Shown piece by piece: positions 1 through 12,365 of a stretch of 44,744 nucleotides of DNA. Under the pieces are notes generated by a model, which was not told where the DNA came from, made no database searches, and saw nothing but the letters and a program-made list of their open reading frames with translations. Made by a program: the position numbers and the translations under genes. Origin of the DNA: Chara braunii (taxonomy: Eukaryota > Plantae > Charophyceae); NCBI GenBank assembly GCA_003427395.1, contig BFEA01000003.1, positions 6,290,070 through 6,334,813 of the forward strand, read 5' to 3'. How positions within the stretch are numbered: the first letter of the stretch is position 1; the number at the start of each line of letters is the position of its first letter.

Positions 1-739
1 ACACAAGAAGTTACATAAATGAATCGGCTCCCAGATTATAGTAGAAAAAGTACTATTGTGGGTATGCCGTCATTGTCCAGGAGCTATTGTGTGTCGTACT
101 TCAAGATCATGACCCCATGGTCTACCCCATACAGTGAGTGTCTGCTGCCTCACAATAGCCAACTCTCGGAGAATAGTACTCAGACCAGGATTTTTTGGAC
201 TGCAATGTGGACGTAGTTGTTGGCAGTGAAGGACAAGGAAAGATCACCGCATGGCAAGGCATTGTGCACCATATGTCTTCTAAGGCAAAAAACACACTTC
301 AATAGAAAATTGGAAAATAAGAAGAAAGAAAGAAAGAAAAAATGATCACTCCGGCATACACCTCATGTGTCTGCCCGGTAATATCTTTCTTGTGAATATC
401 AAAGATGAATGTCCGGACAGTGGGCTCAGAGAGAGAGAGAGGGCATTCGAAAAGGTATGCGGATTGCCAACTTATAAAAGGTAACCACCACAAAATACAG
501 GGGTATTGGTTCATAGCAGTCTACAAAACTAATTGGAAAATCCGCTGGGCAATGGACATTAGAGTCCAACCAGCACAAAAAAAAAAAAAACGATGTCTTC
601 AGAGCAACACTATCAAAACCTGACACAGATAGACAGCTGAACCCAAACCAATGGAAACTAGACCCTGGAAAGTAGAAAACAGACCAGCACTACATCATTT
701 ACTTCACCATCTACTCCAAAACTAAAACTTTCGTGGCCT

Positions 740-2324
740 TTAAGAGGAGGAAGACCGTGAATCTCGCAATGCTTGAGCAAATGTGTTCCACCCCTTCTCA
801 AGCTTTTCCGCCATCAGAAGACCTATCTCCTTCCGAATAGCCATGTCCTCCTGAGCAACTTTGGCAGTGAGCTTTCCAATCTGTTGTTGCACTGCTGCCT
901 GTTTGTACATGGCTTTCACTGTGAGTTCAGCGCACTCCACTGATCGCCTATTGTGCTCCCTCAGTGCGTCTGTCTGCTCCCTCATTACTGCGGAGATGTC
1001 CTTCACAGCCTGCTCCCGGCATTTGCGATAGTGCGTCTGCGCTTTGCTGACGTTCCCACTTCAGCCCCTTCAGCACATGCATTGGCAACCCCACTCTCAG
1101 CCCTGCCACCACTCACAGGATGAGAACCCCGACTGCCCTGTCCTGGTCCTCGCCCATCCTCCTCATTTCCATGGTCTACAACACCTTCAGGATGGACAAC
1201 CGGGTTTCTAATATTGAAGGAGTCAATGAGATCAAACCAGGACCTTCGAAGGCGGAACGTGAGTCCAGCATTCGCTCGTGCCTCAGGTGACATGTCCAAT
1301 AGCTCTGCACTCCACTCATGCCATCGTGGACCAGCACCTTTCTATACCACTTCCACAAGTTCTTCCACCTATTTTCACAGTCATAGCCATTACGGATGAA
1401 GCCGGCAGCACACACGGCAGTTGATATACCCTCCCATTTCTTATTCAAAGAGCAAGCATTGCCTATAGCTTCAGAGTTGACTGCTCGTGCAACCCTGTAC
1501 TCTATATGTGCGTGGATGAGGGCAAGCGTTTCAGCATCATTCCAGCGCCGATTTCGGTGACACCCATCACCGCCATTACCAGGGACTGCGCCATCAGAAG
1601 CAATGGGGGGAGGGAGATGCTGCTCCTCACCCACCCATGGCTGCTCCTCACCTGGGGTCCCACGTGCTTGCACACTACCTTCCGTCTCGTGATGTCCACG
1701 ATCTCCTCCTGCTTGTGAGTCAGCGCCTGCTTGTGAGTCAGCATAGTCGTCATCCCCTCCCCCCATTTGGTGTGGCAAACCATTCCCACAATCGCCTGCC
1801 CAGTCAACACTGCCGACCCCCAGCTCCTGATCACTCAAAACCACTGTCCCAGAGGGGCCTAAGCCAGCAGTTGGCAAACTGTGGCTTGTCTGCTGCACAA
1901 CCTCGTCGAATGCAGAGAGCAAACTACGTTGTGGCATGTTACAAACAACCTGCGATTCTAACTGTGACACGTCTACACCCAGCTGTGACATGTCTACACC
2001 CCCCACCCCCCCGACGGACGACTGAGGAGACAACAACGGCTGCTCCTGCAATTGCTCCGTAGACCATTGAGGCATGCTGAAAGTGTGAGCGTCGATTGAA
2101 GGTGAGACTTCTGTTTCGTCTTTGTTGCTTGAGCTCCGCATTGCACGCCGATGCAAGTACTCCCTCATGTCCTCCAGCGACCTCTGATCGGACGAACTGG
2201 CAACGAACGAGTGGGGGACTGGATCCACTCCACTGGTGGTGTGCGCCACTGAAGGACCACTACGTGGAGGTTCATGCCCAGAGAATACACTTCCACTGTT
2301 CCCAACAGTGCGAAGGGCCTCCAT
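740..2324 (-). pseudogene. Trihelix (Myb/SANT-like, GT-type) DNA-binding protein gene with two 1-bp frameshifts; host transcription factor or PIF/Harbinger accessory Myb gene
   Basis: ORF 1176-2324 contains RRWNDAETLALI...KKWEGIS...RNGYDCENRWKNLWKWYRKV (three-Trp trihelix pattern). A frame switch at ~1296 restores SYW-DMSPEARANAGLTFRLRRSWFDLID, resembling the SFWxMxxxxRxxxxLP..F..D extension of ASR3/SH4-type trihelix proteins. A second switch at ~1015 restores KRRRTIANA-REQAVKDISAVMREQTDALREH (basic patch plus coiled-coil-like C-terminus). Confidence 0.75.
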
Positions 2325-2750
2325 ACTCAGCTGTGTGGGAGTGGTTGCAGTGTCTGGCTACGCCACACGGAACAGTGCACCCGCTATGGAACGCTGCCAC
2401 ACACGAAGCTATGGAACACGAATGAGAACGTTCCCGTTTTCCGTTTCCGAATACAGGTGCTGCGCGCCGCGGGCAGAAAAAGGCAGAAGACAGTACATTA
2501 TGGATTCGGAGTTCGTGGTCCTAACTGCGAACTCCATCTTACAGGTACTGAATCCGGACGCCGGGTGGAAGCAGCGAATAATCAACCGTGACCTTCGTCA
2601 TATGGGCCTCGCTCCACCACTCTCGGCAGGCANGAAAGACAAAAATCTCAGCGNTGTATCTTTCCATCTTCTAGNNCAAGATTCACTCTNTTTTTGCACA
2701 TTTCGAGAGTAGTGGAGTGAAGTCTGCGCACGCTCTACAAGTGAAATAAG

Positions 2751-2914
2751 GGCCAGATCCCNCTAGCAAAGAGGATNGGAATAACTGGCCGAATCTGGAC
2801 GTGTTCCACTCAAAGATGCAGAAAAGCAGTTCAATCACAATTGTTTGCACCTCTCCACAAACACGTCCAGGTTCAGAGGCTTATTCCAATCCTCTTTACC
2901 AGTGGGATCTGGCC
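2751..2914. mobile_element. ~165-bp palindromic MITE-like element (GGCCAGATCCC...GGGATCTGGCC), possibly PIF/Harbinger-type
   Basis: Long imperfect TIRs (GGCCAGATCCCnCTAGCAAAGAGGATnGGAATAA / TTATTCCAATCCTCTTTACCAGTGGGATCTGGCC). A related copy lies at 34547-34714 and a partial one at ~41741. Confidence 0.65.
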
Positions 2915-3962
2915 GTATGGAAAATCGGCCNAAAAATAAAAGAAAACGAAAAAGNTAAAGAGNAATGTATCTAGCTTCGCAAACATAGAAAATACAGTGA
3001 AAAACGAAAGAAAACAAAACAGAAATCTATCTATCTTGGTTCCCTGACAGGATACATGCATCGAATGTGCATTGTTACGGGGAGGGCTTCTGCGGCTTTT
3101 GCAAGCATCAAGAAGTCGTGGGCCTCCGAGCTCATGTGAAGGGGCCACGGACGTGACTCGCAGCAGCAGCTGTCGATTCTGAGGTTCAAGAAGATGGTCA
3201 TCGTTGTAGTACTTTCAAACGTCGACCTCCTCACCATTTTTTTAAATCCATTATGTCTTTTAAACTTATTTATTTATCTTTTCTCATCGTGTCGCACAGG
3301 TCCAAATAGGCCATGACTCGTGTGCTAGTAGAATCGTGCCCCTGTAGGACTTTCGAAGAATTGCGACTCAAAAAGAAATCGACAGGTGTCAGGATACTAC
3401 GCTCGACAGCCGCCCTCCAACAATCGTTTCCTCCCGCCTGAGCGTAGGAGACGGAAATTCGACAGTGGCCCGCCGACCTTTCAAAAATAGGGTTCGAATT
3501 TGCATTGTCAGGGACTGTTCTGTGACCGTAGTGCCCTGTGGAAAGGAGGAGTCCGCCTGGCCATGACCAACAACCTTGCCCGGAGTTTCCAGTGCAGAGC
3601 TGCAGTCAGGCGTAGTTGCACGGTGGGAGAGGGGAAAGGGCGCGGAGGGAACGCAGAGGCCGGCGCTAAGTGCTCTGCCCTGACGTTACGGGGTTGGGTA
3701 CCTGGCCCTACGGCGGGCCGAAGCGCTACTAACGAGATAGCGCCTCGGCAATCCTGATGCTTTCGCGGTAGCAAAGCAGCTATGGTGGCAGCAGTCACAC
3801 TCAACTGACAATCGGGCGGTCGCCGTTTTCCGTGCCCCACAGTAAACAAGATAGGAAGAAAGACAGAAGGGAGAACAACTTAGCAGAGATTTGCAAGTTT
3901 AGAGGTCGAACTTAGACCTGAGTAGGGTAGGAGAGACATCGAAAAGGGAGCAAGGAGACAAT

Positions 3963-6900
3963 ATGGAAGAGGCAGAAGAAAGGGGAAGAGAGAGACAAAA
4001 TGCGTGGTCACCGCCTATGGGCCCAGCGGAACAGTTCAACTACTGGGAAGATGAGGAGGGTATCAGATAGTTGCTGGGGCTTTGTTTTGACGATGGCGTC
4101 TATCCTACGGATTTGGACCCGGGCGAGATGACGATACAAGGGAGAGAGGTGAAGTTTAAGCTTAGATGAAATAAAAGTAAAATGGCTGAAGGAAAGGACG
4201 GTCTCGGTCATCTTTAAGGAGAATGCAGGATTCCTCCCAAAGAGAGTGAAAGCCGATACGATTTGAGCGTTCGAAGACGGGTGGGTGTTGGGGAGCGACA
4301 GCTTCCCAACCGAAACCAGGCGAGACGGGTGGGTGTTGGGGAGCGACAGCTTCCCAACCGAAACCAGGCGAGGTAGAGTCAAGATCGAGGGCCCGAACGC
4401 GCTGTCATATATGGCCGAATCACGAGAAATAGCAGCTTACATGATAAACGAAGGGGGAGTGGAGATTCCGGTGGGAACGACGATATACAAAGTCCAGAAG
4501 TCCTGTTTAAACCATGGATGACGAAAGCTGAGTTCAGGGAACTGAGACGACAAGAAGACGACAGGACGTTTTGGGTGATAGCGATTCAAGTTCAGCTGGA
4601 TGACATGCCGTTCATCTTCACACAGATACAACAGGCGATCGGGAGAATTATTCTGGCGCACCCTCGGGACACCGACCCATCAAGACCGACGTTAGTCAAC
4701 GCACGCTTTGATATCGATCCGGAGGCAAGGGGCAACATGAAGGATAAATTATGGATAACAACGTCCAAAGGAGATGAGCTGGAGGTGAAACTGGCTTGTT
4801 CTACCACTCCTAAGTGCCAAATTCGTAGGCCATTCTTTCATGTGGCAGAGGATTGCCGAAGAAACGAGAGAGGACAAAATTAGGGAGGAGGAGCGACATT
4901 TAACATATCTCTTCAGCAACCAGCGCAATCCGGAGCGAGTCAACGAGGTGGCAGAAGACCTTCATACCGTGGTCCAATTGGACCGCAGCCATCGCAAGGA
5001 TTTTCGATTGGAAGTAGCGACCCAGCAGGCTTCACCAACGCGGCAATGAACCCAGTATTTTCTCCAGGAGGACATGCGCAAACTGGCAGGCATCTGCAAC
5101 CAGGCACGCTGATGGCTAGCCTCCTCCACATGGTAGCAAACACGTACGGGATGCCACATCAAGGAGGAAGCCCCCTGTTCGGAGGGAATTGGATGAGTCA
5201 AAGCCACCTCTTCGGTATGGGTGGAGGGATAGCCCCCCCCAAACCAGGAGGGGGCCTCGCTAACATCGGAGTACACGGAGCCTCAGCATTCCAAAGTTAT
5301 TACCCCAGAGCGTTCGTTGGCAATCCTGGGCCAGGAGCTCATATGGATTCAGGTCCTAGCGGATAGAACACACCTCTGACAGGCAGAGGCGAGCACTCGT
5401 TCAATACTCCAGCAGCATCACCGCAACCAGGAAGAAGAGCGGGAGGAGTTCCAGGTGACTGGTCCCAAGTGAATGCAGACACGAAAGCGCAAGGTGCCTC
5501 CTCGTCAAGAACTGAAGGAGATTCCAGGCAGAGAACTCGCCCATCCGGAAAACAAAGGAGGTTGAGTATGTCCTCAGTGAAAGAGCTAAGGGAAGAAGAA
5601 TCAGATGGCTCGTCTGTGTATTCCCCGGATGCATCGGCCACTCTGGGCAAGAAAACCACGAGACATAGGCGTCTTACAACATTAGTTAGAGGTCAAGGCG
5701 CGGGCATGGAACAGGTCTTAGTTCCGCTGGTATGTACCTATGCAAGAAATGCATATTGGGCGATTGTTTGGCAAACGACGACGGCTCCGTTCACCTTACT
5801 CTCGTAGCAAGTTGCAAATGCCCCCTCGCCGCAAGTGATTGAGCAAGCTCTGAAGATGCTGTTCCTAGAATATTTTCCCGCGGAGTAATTCCGGACTGCC
5901 CTATGGCGAGAATCATCACGGACGTAGACGGTCACAAAGTGAAACTGTTTATTCCAAGTGTGGACAACAGATTTACGCCAGACAGACTGTTGCAGTTGGA
6001 GAGGACCGGATTAAGACTAACCCGCTCGCCTGTTTCTCGCAGGGAAGAAAACAGGAGCTCTGCAAAATTGCGATAGCCCCAAGACTTTCAGCTGAATGTC
6101 TGGTGGAGCTGAAGATCCGTTTGCACAAGGACAAGACGCTGGATTCCCAATTCATAAGGGATGCACATCGCACTTACAAAGGCATGGCCGGAGAGCGTCC
6201 CTGTTGGGGCTGATGGATCGACAAAATTTGGCTCTTCCCACATCCAAGGGATGGGTGGGATCAGGCTGAATGGTTAGACTATCAATTGCACCTTGGAATG
6301 TATGCGGGTTGGGGGATACCGCAGGGAGAAGGAAGAGACCGAGGTTGAAGAAGTGGATTCATGAAAATCATGTGGCAATTATGTGCCTTCAGGAAATGAA
6401 ATTGAACGGATTCCGAAGCTAGGCAATTGGTGGGACGGCCCCCAAGTTTCGTCACCGGTCCAAGGCTCACGGGGAGGTGTAGCCATTCTTCTCCACAGAA
6501 ACACAAATGTAGAGATCCTTGATCATTATGCGGATCTGTGAGGAAGATGGGCGTGGATTAAGCTGGGAGTGGATCAGCAGGAGTGGGCAGTGGCAACTGT
6601 ATATGCTCCAGTGAGAAAGAAGGATCACGCAAGTTTCATGAAGGATCTACCGTTAGCCTACTAGACACAGACAACCTAATTATTGCAAGCGATTGGAACC
6701 ATACCTTGGATGAAAATAGAAGCATAGGAGCTAGAGATGCAGCGAGACCTATTCTACCAATCACGGATTTTATGACAAACTTCCATTTGTATGACCCGTT
6801 TACACTAACTCATCCATTAGATGAAGGTCATACTTGGTTCTCAAGCCGAGGCGGGGAAAGACGTTTAGACTACTTCCTAGTCAACGAGATAGGGTTGGGT

Positions 6901-9310
6901 GCGTTGGTAAACATTAACAGCCGAAACCAACCCATCTCATATCACTGCCCAGTGGTGGCAGAGTTTAGAATTGGAGATGATCACCCCAAAGGAAAAAAGT
7001 ATTTCAGGCTAAATACAAAAAACTTGAAGGATCCCAATCTGAAGGAATGAGTTAACCAATTTTGGGGTAGATGGGCGATGCAAAAATAACAGTTTGGTTC
7101 TCTTGCTGGCTGGTGGGAAGTTGGGACAAAAATCCTTTCCAATTTGCTGAACGTCTTCTCAAAGATGTAGGCAACGGAGAGGAACAAAGAAGAACGGAGG
7201 TGTAAAAAAAATGTGGAATACGCAGAACAACGAATGCGAGAGCATCCGATTTCAGAGTTGGTGTGGGGAAAAGAGAGGGCTAAGAGGTTGGAGGAGTGGG
7301 ACAGGATTCAGCAAGAGAAGGCAGAGATCGGGGCTGAAAGACTTAAGGTCAAAGGAATAGTAGTCTACGACCGAATGACTAAGGACTCGTTTGAGAAACT
7401 GCTGCGGAGAAGAACAACTCAACCGATGGCAGAACTAGCGCACCCCTTCTGCGACACAGAGCCTCGAGCTACCCATCCGCTCGACCTCTGTAAGTATGCA
7501 GCATCAGGACATCCTCACGTTCAGAAGGCCTGGAGAGGGAGTTGAGTCCAGCTTTGCGAGTAATAGCAGTCATTGGTGCAACTTCAAGGGTAGACTATCG
7601 GTGCACGGTTGGTTGGACTTGGATAGACCGATCACAATTGAGGAGGCGAGGTCTACATTAAGCTTGATGACCAAACGGAAGGTTTCAGGGAACGATGGTC
7701 TGCCAGTGGAGTTTTATTCGGTATTCTAGCAGGTCGTGGAGGAGGATTTTGTCAATATTTACAACGAGGTTTTAACAGGAGGACAACTACAGCGTAATAC
7801 CTGCAACGACATCATCTCGGTTCTATTTAAGAAGGGAGACAAAAGCGAGATCCGAAATTGGAGACCCGTCTCCCTCTTAAATGTTGCGTATAAAGTGCTG
7901 GCTAAAATACTGGCTAGAAGGCTAGCAAAGTACCTGCCAGAACTGGTACTAGAGGACCACACAGCCTTCGTGAAAGGATGTTCGATTTTTGTAAATATAA
8001 TAACGGCCATCGAATCAATGGAAACCATATAAGAAGAGAACGTGGACTTTGTCATACTCCTCCTGGACATGGAGAAAGCATAGGACCGGGTAAACTGGTC
8101 ATACGTGCTTACAACTCTCAAGTGGCTAGGATTCAGGGAAATCTTCTGCAAGTGGGTGATCATGATGTACGCACATTTTACGGCAGTGGTGATGATCAAC
8201 GACCATTTTTCGAAGACCTTTCAACTGTCGAGATCACTCCGACAGGATTGCCCTCTGGCACCCCTCCTCTTCGTCATCCAGCTGGAAACTGTTCTCTGCA
8301 ACATTCGAGCGCACAGCGAGATCAAGGGCCTGCCAGCGGGGGAAAGAGATTGTCGAGTCAAAGCACTCGCAGACGACCTGTTCGCGGTCGTGGAGAACAC
8401 AGACTGCGCACTAACAACTCTCAGAGCGTGACTGAGGGACTACGAGGAACTATCCGAAGCGGCAATTAATTGGTCGAAGTTGACGTACCTGTTGCCGAGT
8501 TTGTTCTTGCTGAAGGTCCAATGGGGTATGCGGCGAGTGGAGAACCACCAATCCAAGGGTTTTCTCGGGGTTCAAGTAGCCATGTTGTCCTGCACAGCGG
8601 ATCAGGACGAGTTGTTGCAACAGAAAGTGCTACACCGCCTCTCAACCTGGGGGAAAGCCTCCCATCTGTCGTTAATGGGAAGAGCCCTAGTGGTGAATGT
8701 GGCTCTTTTCGCTCTGCTGTAATACGTCGGGAAAATCAGACCACTAGGTGGAAAGGTTATAACGATAGTAAAAAGAAGATCCGCAAGGTTCATCTGGAAG
8801 CCGTTTGGCACAGACTCAGAAGGATTCCTTCCAAAGGTAGCCTGGGACACCATCTGCTACCCCAAGAAGGAAGGAGGTTTGGGGCTGAAGGACCCAGGGA
8901 AACAGAACACAACAATGATGGCAAACTAGGTTGTAAAGGCAGTGACTTGCAACTCGAACGAACATTGGATCAGGTTGGCAGAACAAGCTTTGGCGAGAAG
9001 TTGGAATCTGAGGAGAACAGAGGACGTGTGGGTGTGTATTTGAATTGACTCGTTTCTACGAAGACCGGTGAAATATGAACTGTGGACGGACATACTGAAG
9101 GTGTGGCGCAAGATTAAACCGGACCACTGGAGGAAACCAGTTACCAAACAGGAAGTCCTACTGCAACTTCTGTTTATGAACCAACGGGTAAGAGATGAGA
9201 AGGATACCTGCTGCAGATAAAACAACGGGCAGCTTTGGAAGGGCGTGGATCGAACGAGGAGTGTCCCAAATTACAGACATTTGGGACGAATTCAGAGGAA
9301 GTTGGCGTGC
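3963..9310 (+). mobile_element. Degenerate L1/Tx1-clade LINE (copy 1): ORF1 ~3963-6277, ORF2 (APE endonuclease-RT) from 6270, 3' end missing
   Basis: ORF1 fragments KWLKERTVSVIF, RGRVKIEGPN, FWVIAIQV match copy 3. ORF2 starts MVRLSIAPWNVCGLG; EN motifs SDWN, RLDY, SYH; RT motifs NWRPVSLLNVAYK, LLDMEKA, LRQDCPLAP, ALADDL. Many stops and frameshifts. Confidence 0.92.
4276..4372 (+). repeat. 48-bp tandem duplication inside LINE copy 1 ORF1
   Basis: GACGGGTGGGTGTTGGGGAGCGACAGCTTCCCAACCGAAACCAGGCGA occurs twice head to tail (DGWVLGSDSFPTETRR x2). Confidence 0.9.
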
Positions 9311-9432
9311 GCTAACATGCCTCCCAGACAAGAGTTGTTTGTCTTCCGAATCGGTGGCAAAAGTTCAGGTTTTGGCGCTCGTTCGCGTTTGGTAGCGAAA
9401 GCTCGGGTTCCGTCGCAAAAGTTCGCGTTCGG

Positions 9433-9492
<60 letters not shown>

Positions 9493-9494
<2 letters not shown>

Positions 9495-9784
9495 TCACAA
9501 ACAGAACTGCTCGGTAAACCGTAGGCAGAGAGAGAGAAGAGGACGACAAACGAGAGGCTGTGACAAACTGTTTCGTCGGACTTTCACCGACTCATCAGAA
9601 AGCTGAACCCTCAACAGTCTGTAGAATCCCCTCACTGATTACACTGTAAATGATAATCTACCTTAACCGAAATCAAAGTAGACTATCACTTACCCACACC
9701 AGATGGAAAACTCTACAGAATGTCGGTTCACACCCCATCATAAGCCTGCAAAACACCCACGAAACAAAGAAAGGTCTATCATAG

Positions 9785-9787
<3 letters not shown>
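9493..9787 (-). mobile_element. ~295-bp non-coding hammerhead-bearing retroelement (retrozyme or Penelope-like non-autonomous), inserted in (AT)n
   Basis: Flanked on both sides by (AT)n. 9493-9668 is the reverse complement of 30987-31152. Both copies share the 3' end ...CTGTTTGTGACG-(AT)n. Confidence 0.75.
9552..9612 (-). ncRNA. Type I hammerhead ribozyme
   Basis: Minus-strand RNA: GAGGG UUCA GCUUU CUGAUGA GUCGG UGAAAGU CCGAC GAA AC AGUUU GU C ACAGC CUCUC. Full core (CUGAUGA, GAAA, GUC triplet), perfect 5-bp stem II, minimal stem III, bulged stem I with one mismatch. Predicted cleavage between + positions 9562 and 9561. Confidence 0.88.
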
Positions 9788-9820
<33 letters not shown>

Positions 9821-9839
9821 GTATATATATATATGTATA

Positions 9840-9941
9840 CAGGGTTGCCGGCGTTCGGGACGGGGCGAACGCCCGAACCCGAATGCCCGAACGTATGGGA
9901 CCCCCCCGGAAGGCGTTTGGCCGTTCAGGCCAAACGCGGAC

Positions 9942-9977
<36 letters not shown>

Positions 9978-11294
9978 TCAAAAACTTCCAAAAAATATAT
10001 ATGTTATGGACAAAAATAAACTAAACAACATTTGCCTAGGGCCTGGACCCATTAGCCAAGTATTCTACCACTTCGCTTAGGATTTAGATCACGTGTGGCC
10101 TCGAGCGACACAGTACGACCGTCGAATAGATCGGATCTCGACGGCGTGGCTGTTTCTGAGCGGGGACTGTAAAGATGCCCACCTCCCGTCCAATGAGATG
10201 CGTCGAAAAAAAAAAGAAAAACAAAGTTGGACTAACTTGGACATGATAGCTCGTTGCTTTGCGTGCGAGGGAAGTCTGGATTTTATGGGTTCTAAAGGGG
10301 GGGGGTTAATTTTCAGACTTCGTTTTTTTTTTTTTTGGGCTCTGAGAAATAGAACTTGAAATGTGAAATTCAGATATCGTGGTGGATCTGACAGGAACTC
10401 TTCCGCGTCTGTCGGATGGCCCGTTAGAGGCATCACGAGATACATGGGGATGAATGTATCCCTATAGCCATTACTTGTTGATCCTCGTGGCTGTGTTCGT
10501 GGACAAATTTTATTAGCACGGTACATCACTATGAAGACTTACATAAAGGAGATCGTACCAACCCATAAATTCGGGTGCACATCTGTTCTACATACTTTTA
10601 TGTGCTATTTTAATTCATTTTAAATCAGAAAACGAGCCATTCATGCAAATAAAAAATCACTTTGTATGTTCCAAAAAACCGTAAAATTGCGTCATACATC
10701 GTAGAATACTTCGCTAGTGGGTCTAGGCCCCTGGGCACTACATCCAAATTCATTACCAAATTTGAATTAAAAATCAAATACAAAAAATAAACACTATGAT
10801 AAAAATAAGTGAAAAAAAAAAAAAAAAAAAGAGTGAGTGTGCCGGCACCTTTTCGACACTGCCATCTTTGACGATTTTTAATTATTTTTTGGCATTGGAA
10901 AATGCCCTGAAAATTTACAGATGTGTAGTTTACATAATCAATAACTCTTTCAATGTTTTTCAAAAAATAATAAAATTTTTTAGGCCCTGAAACAAAGTGA
11001 AAACAAAAAGTCAAAAGTGAAACAAAACAAAATAATAAGTGGCGAGCACGTTTTGACACCCCCATCTTTGACGATTTTTAATAATTTTTTGGCTTAGCAG
11101 AATGAATTCAAAATGTTTAGGCGTATAGGTTACATCATAGTGAACTCATAAAAAACAATTCAGAAAACAAAACTTATTTTAAGGCCTCAAATATTTTTTT
11201 GGCGGGGGCCAAACCTGGAGGTGTTCGGCCCCCGAACGCCCGAATGTTTGGGGGCCAGCTCGGGGGCCCCCGAACGTTCGGTCAGGTAACCCTG
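9840..11294. mobile_element. Non-autonomous TIR DNA transposon (CAGGGTTGCC...GGTAACCCTG) in TA-rich sequence; Tc1/mariner- or hAT-like
   Basis: 9/10 terminal inverted match with TA on both flanks. Clustered subterminal CCCGAAC/GTTCGG motifs at both ends. AT-rich non-coding interior with an internal direct repeat (CCATCTTTGACGATTTTTAA at ~10862 and ~11062). Confidence 0.7.
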
Positions 11295-11298
11295 TATA

Positions 11299-11380
<82 letters not shown>

Positions 11381-12160
11381 NNNNNNNNNNNNNNNNNNNN
11401 NNNNNNNNNNNNNNNNNNNNNNNNNNNNNNNNNNNNNNNNNNNNNNNNNNNNNNNNNNNNNNNNNNNNNNNNNNNNNNNNNNNNNNNNNNNNNNNNNNNN
11501 NNNNNNNNNNNNNNNNNNNNNNNNNNNNNNNNNNNNNNNNNNNNNNNNNNNNNNNNNNNNNNNNNNNNNNNNNNNNNNNNNNNNNNNNNNNNNNNNNNNN
11601 NNNNNNNNNNNNNNNNNNNNNNNNNNNNNNNNNNNNNNNNNNNNNNNNNNNNNNNNNNNNNNNNNNNNNNNNNNNNNNNNNNNNNNNNNNNNNNNNNNNT
11701 GGGGGTGTTGGGGGCGCTTTGGGGTAACGTTGTGGATGGGGTTATTTGGGGTTATGAACCCTTTTTTTTTTTTTTTTTTTTTTTTGGCGAGGTCCCTACT
11801 GGTCTGCGCCTACCGTCGGCTGGTCCGCAACCGATGGGTCCAGGGCCACTGACCGTCGGCGTGACTATGCTTACGCTTTTTTTTAATTTAATGCTTTCAC
11901 GTTTGGTAGCGACAGTTCGGCATCCCTTTTCGATGTTCAAAACCAAATTTTAACCCTTTATCTCATGCAAGGGACAAACTAAGAATAAACATTTGCACAC
12001 ACGCAGACACAGTTCCGGTTTCTATATACAGAGTCCAAGATAACAAGAAAAGAGGGATGGGAGTGAAGTTATTGGACGTCGGTTAGGAGTGCTACGCACA
12101 CGCTCGCTTTTCGTGAGGAGACCACCAGTGTTCCTATCCTTATTCCAGGGCGAGGAATTA

Positions 12161-12230
<70 letters not shown>

Positions 12231-12236
<6 letters not shown>

Positions 12237-12365
12237 GGTCAGGTACATCCACACTGGGAACCCTAATATCCTATGCTTCTGTTTATGGTTCCGAGGGCAT
12301 ACCCACATTACGACTTTTTTCGCTACTCTGTGGACGTGATTGCGGTCAGGTACATCCACACTGGG
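12231..12365 (+). repeat. 28-bp perfect direct repeat (GATTGCGGTCAGGTACATCCACACTGGG) next to (GA)n
   Basis: Copies at 12231-12258 and 12338-12365. Confidence 0.85.

Noticed and set aside
12231-12365. 28-bp direct repeats and other short arrays as CRISPR
   Set aside because: Only two copies, a 79-bp spacer, eukaryotic context and no cas genes.
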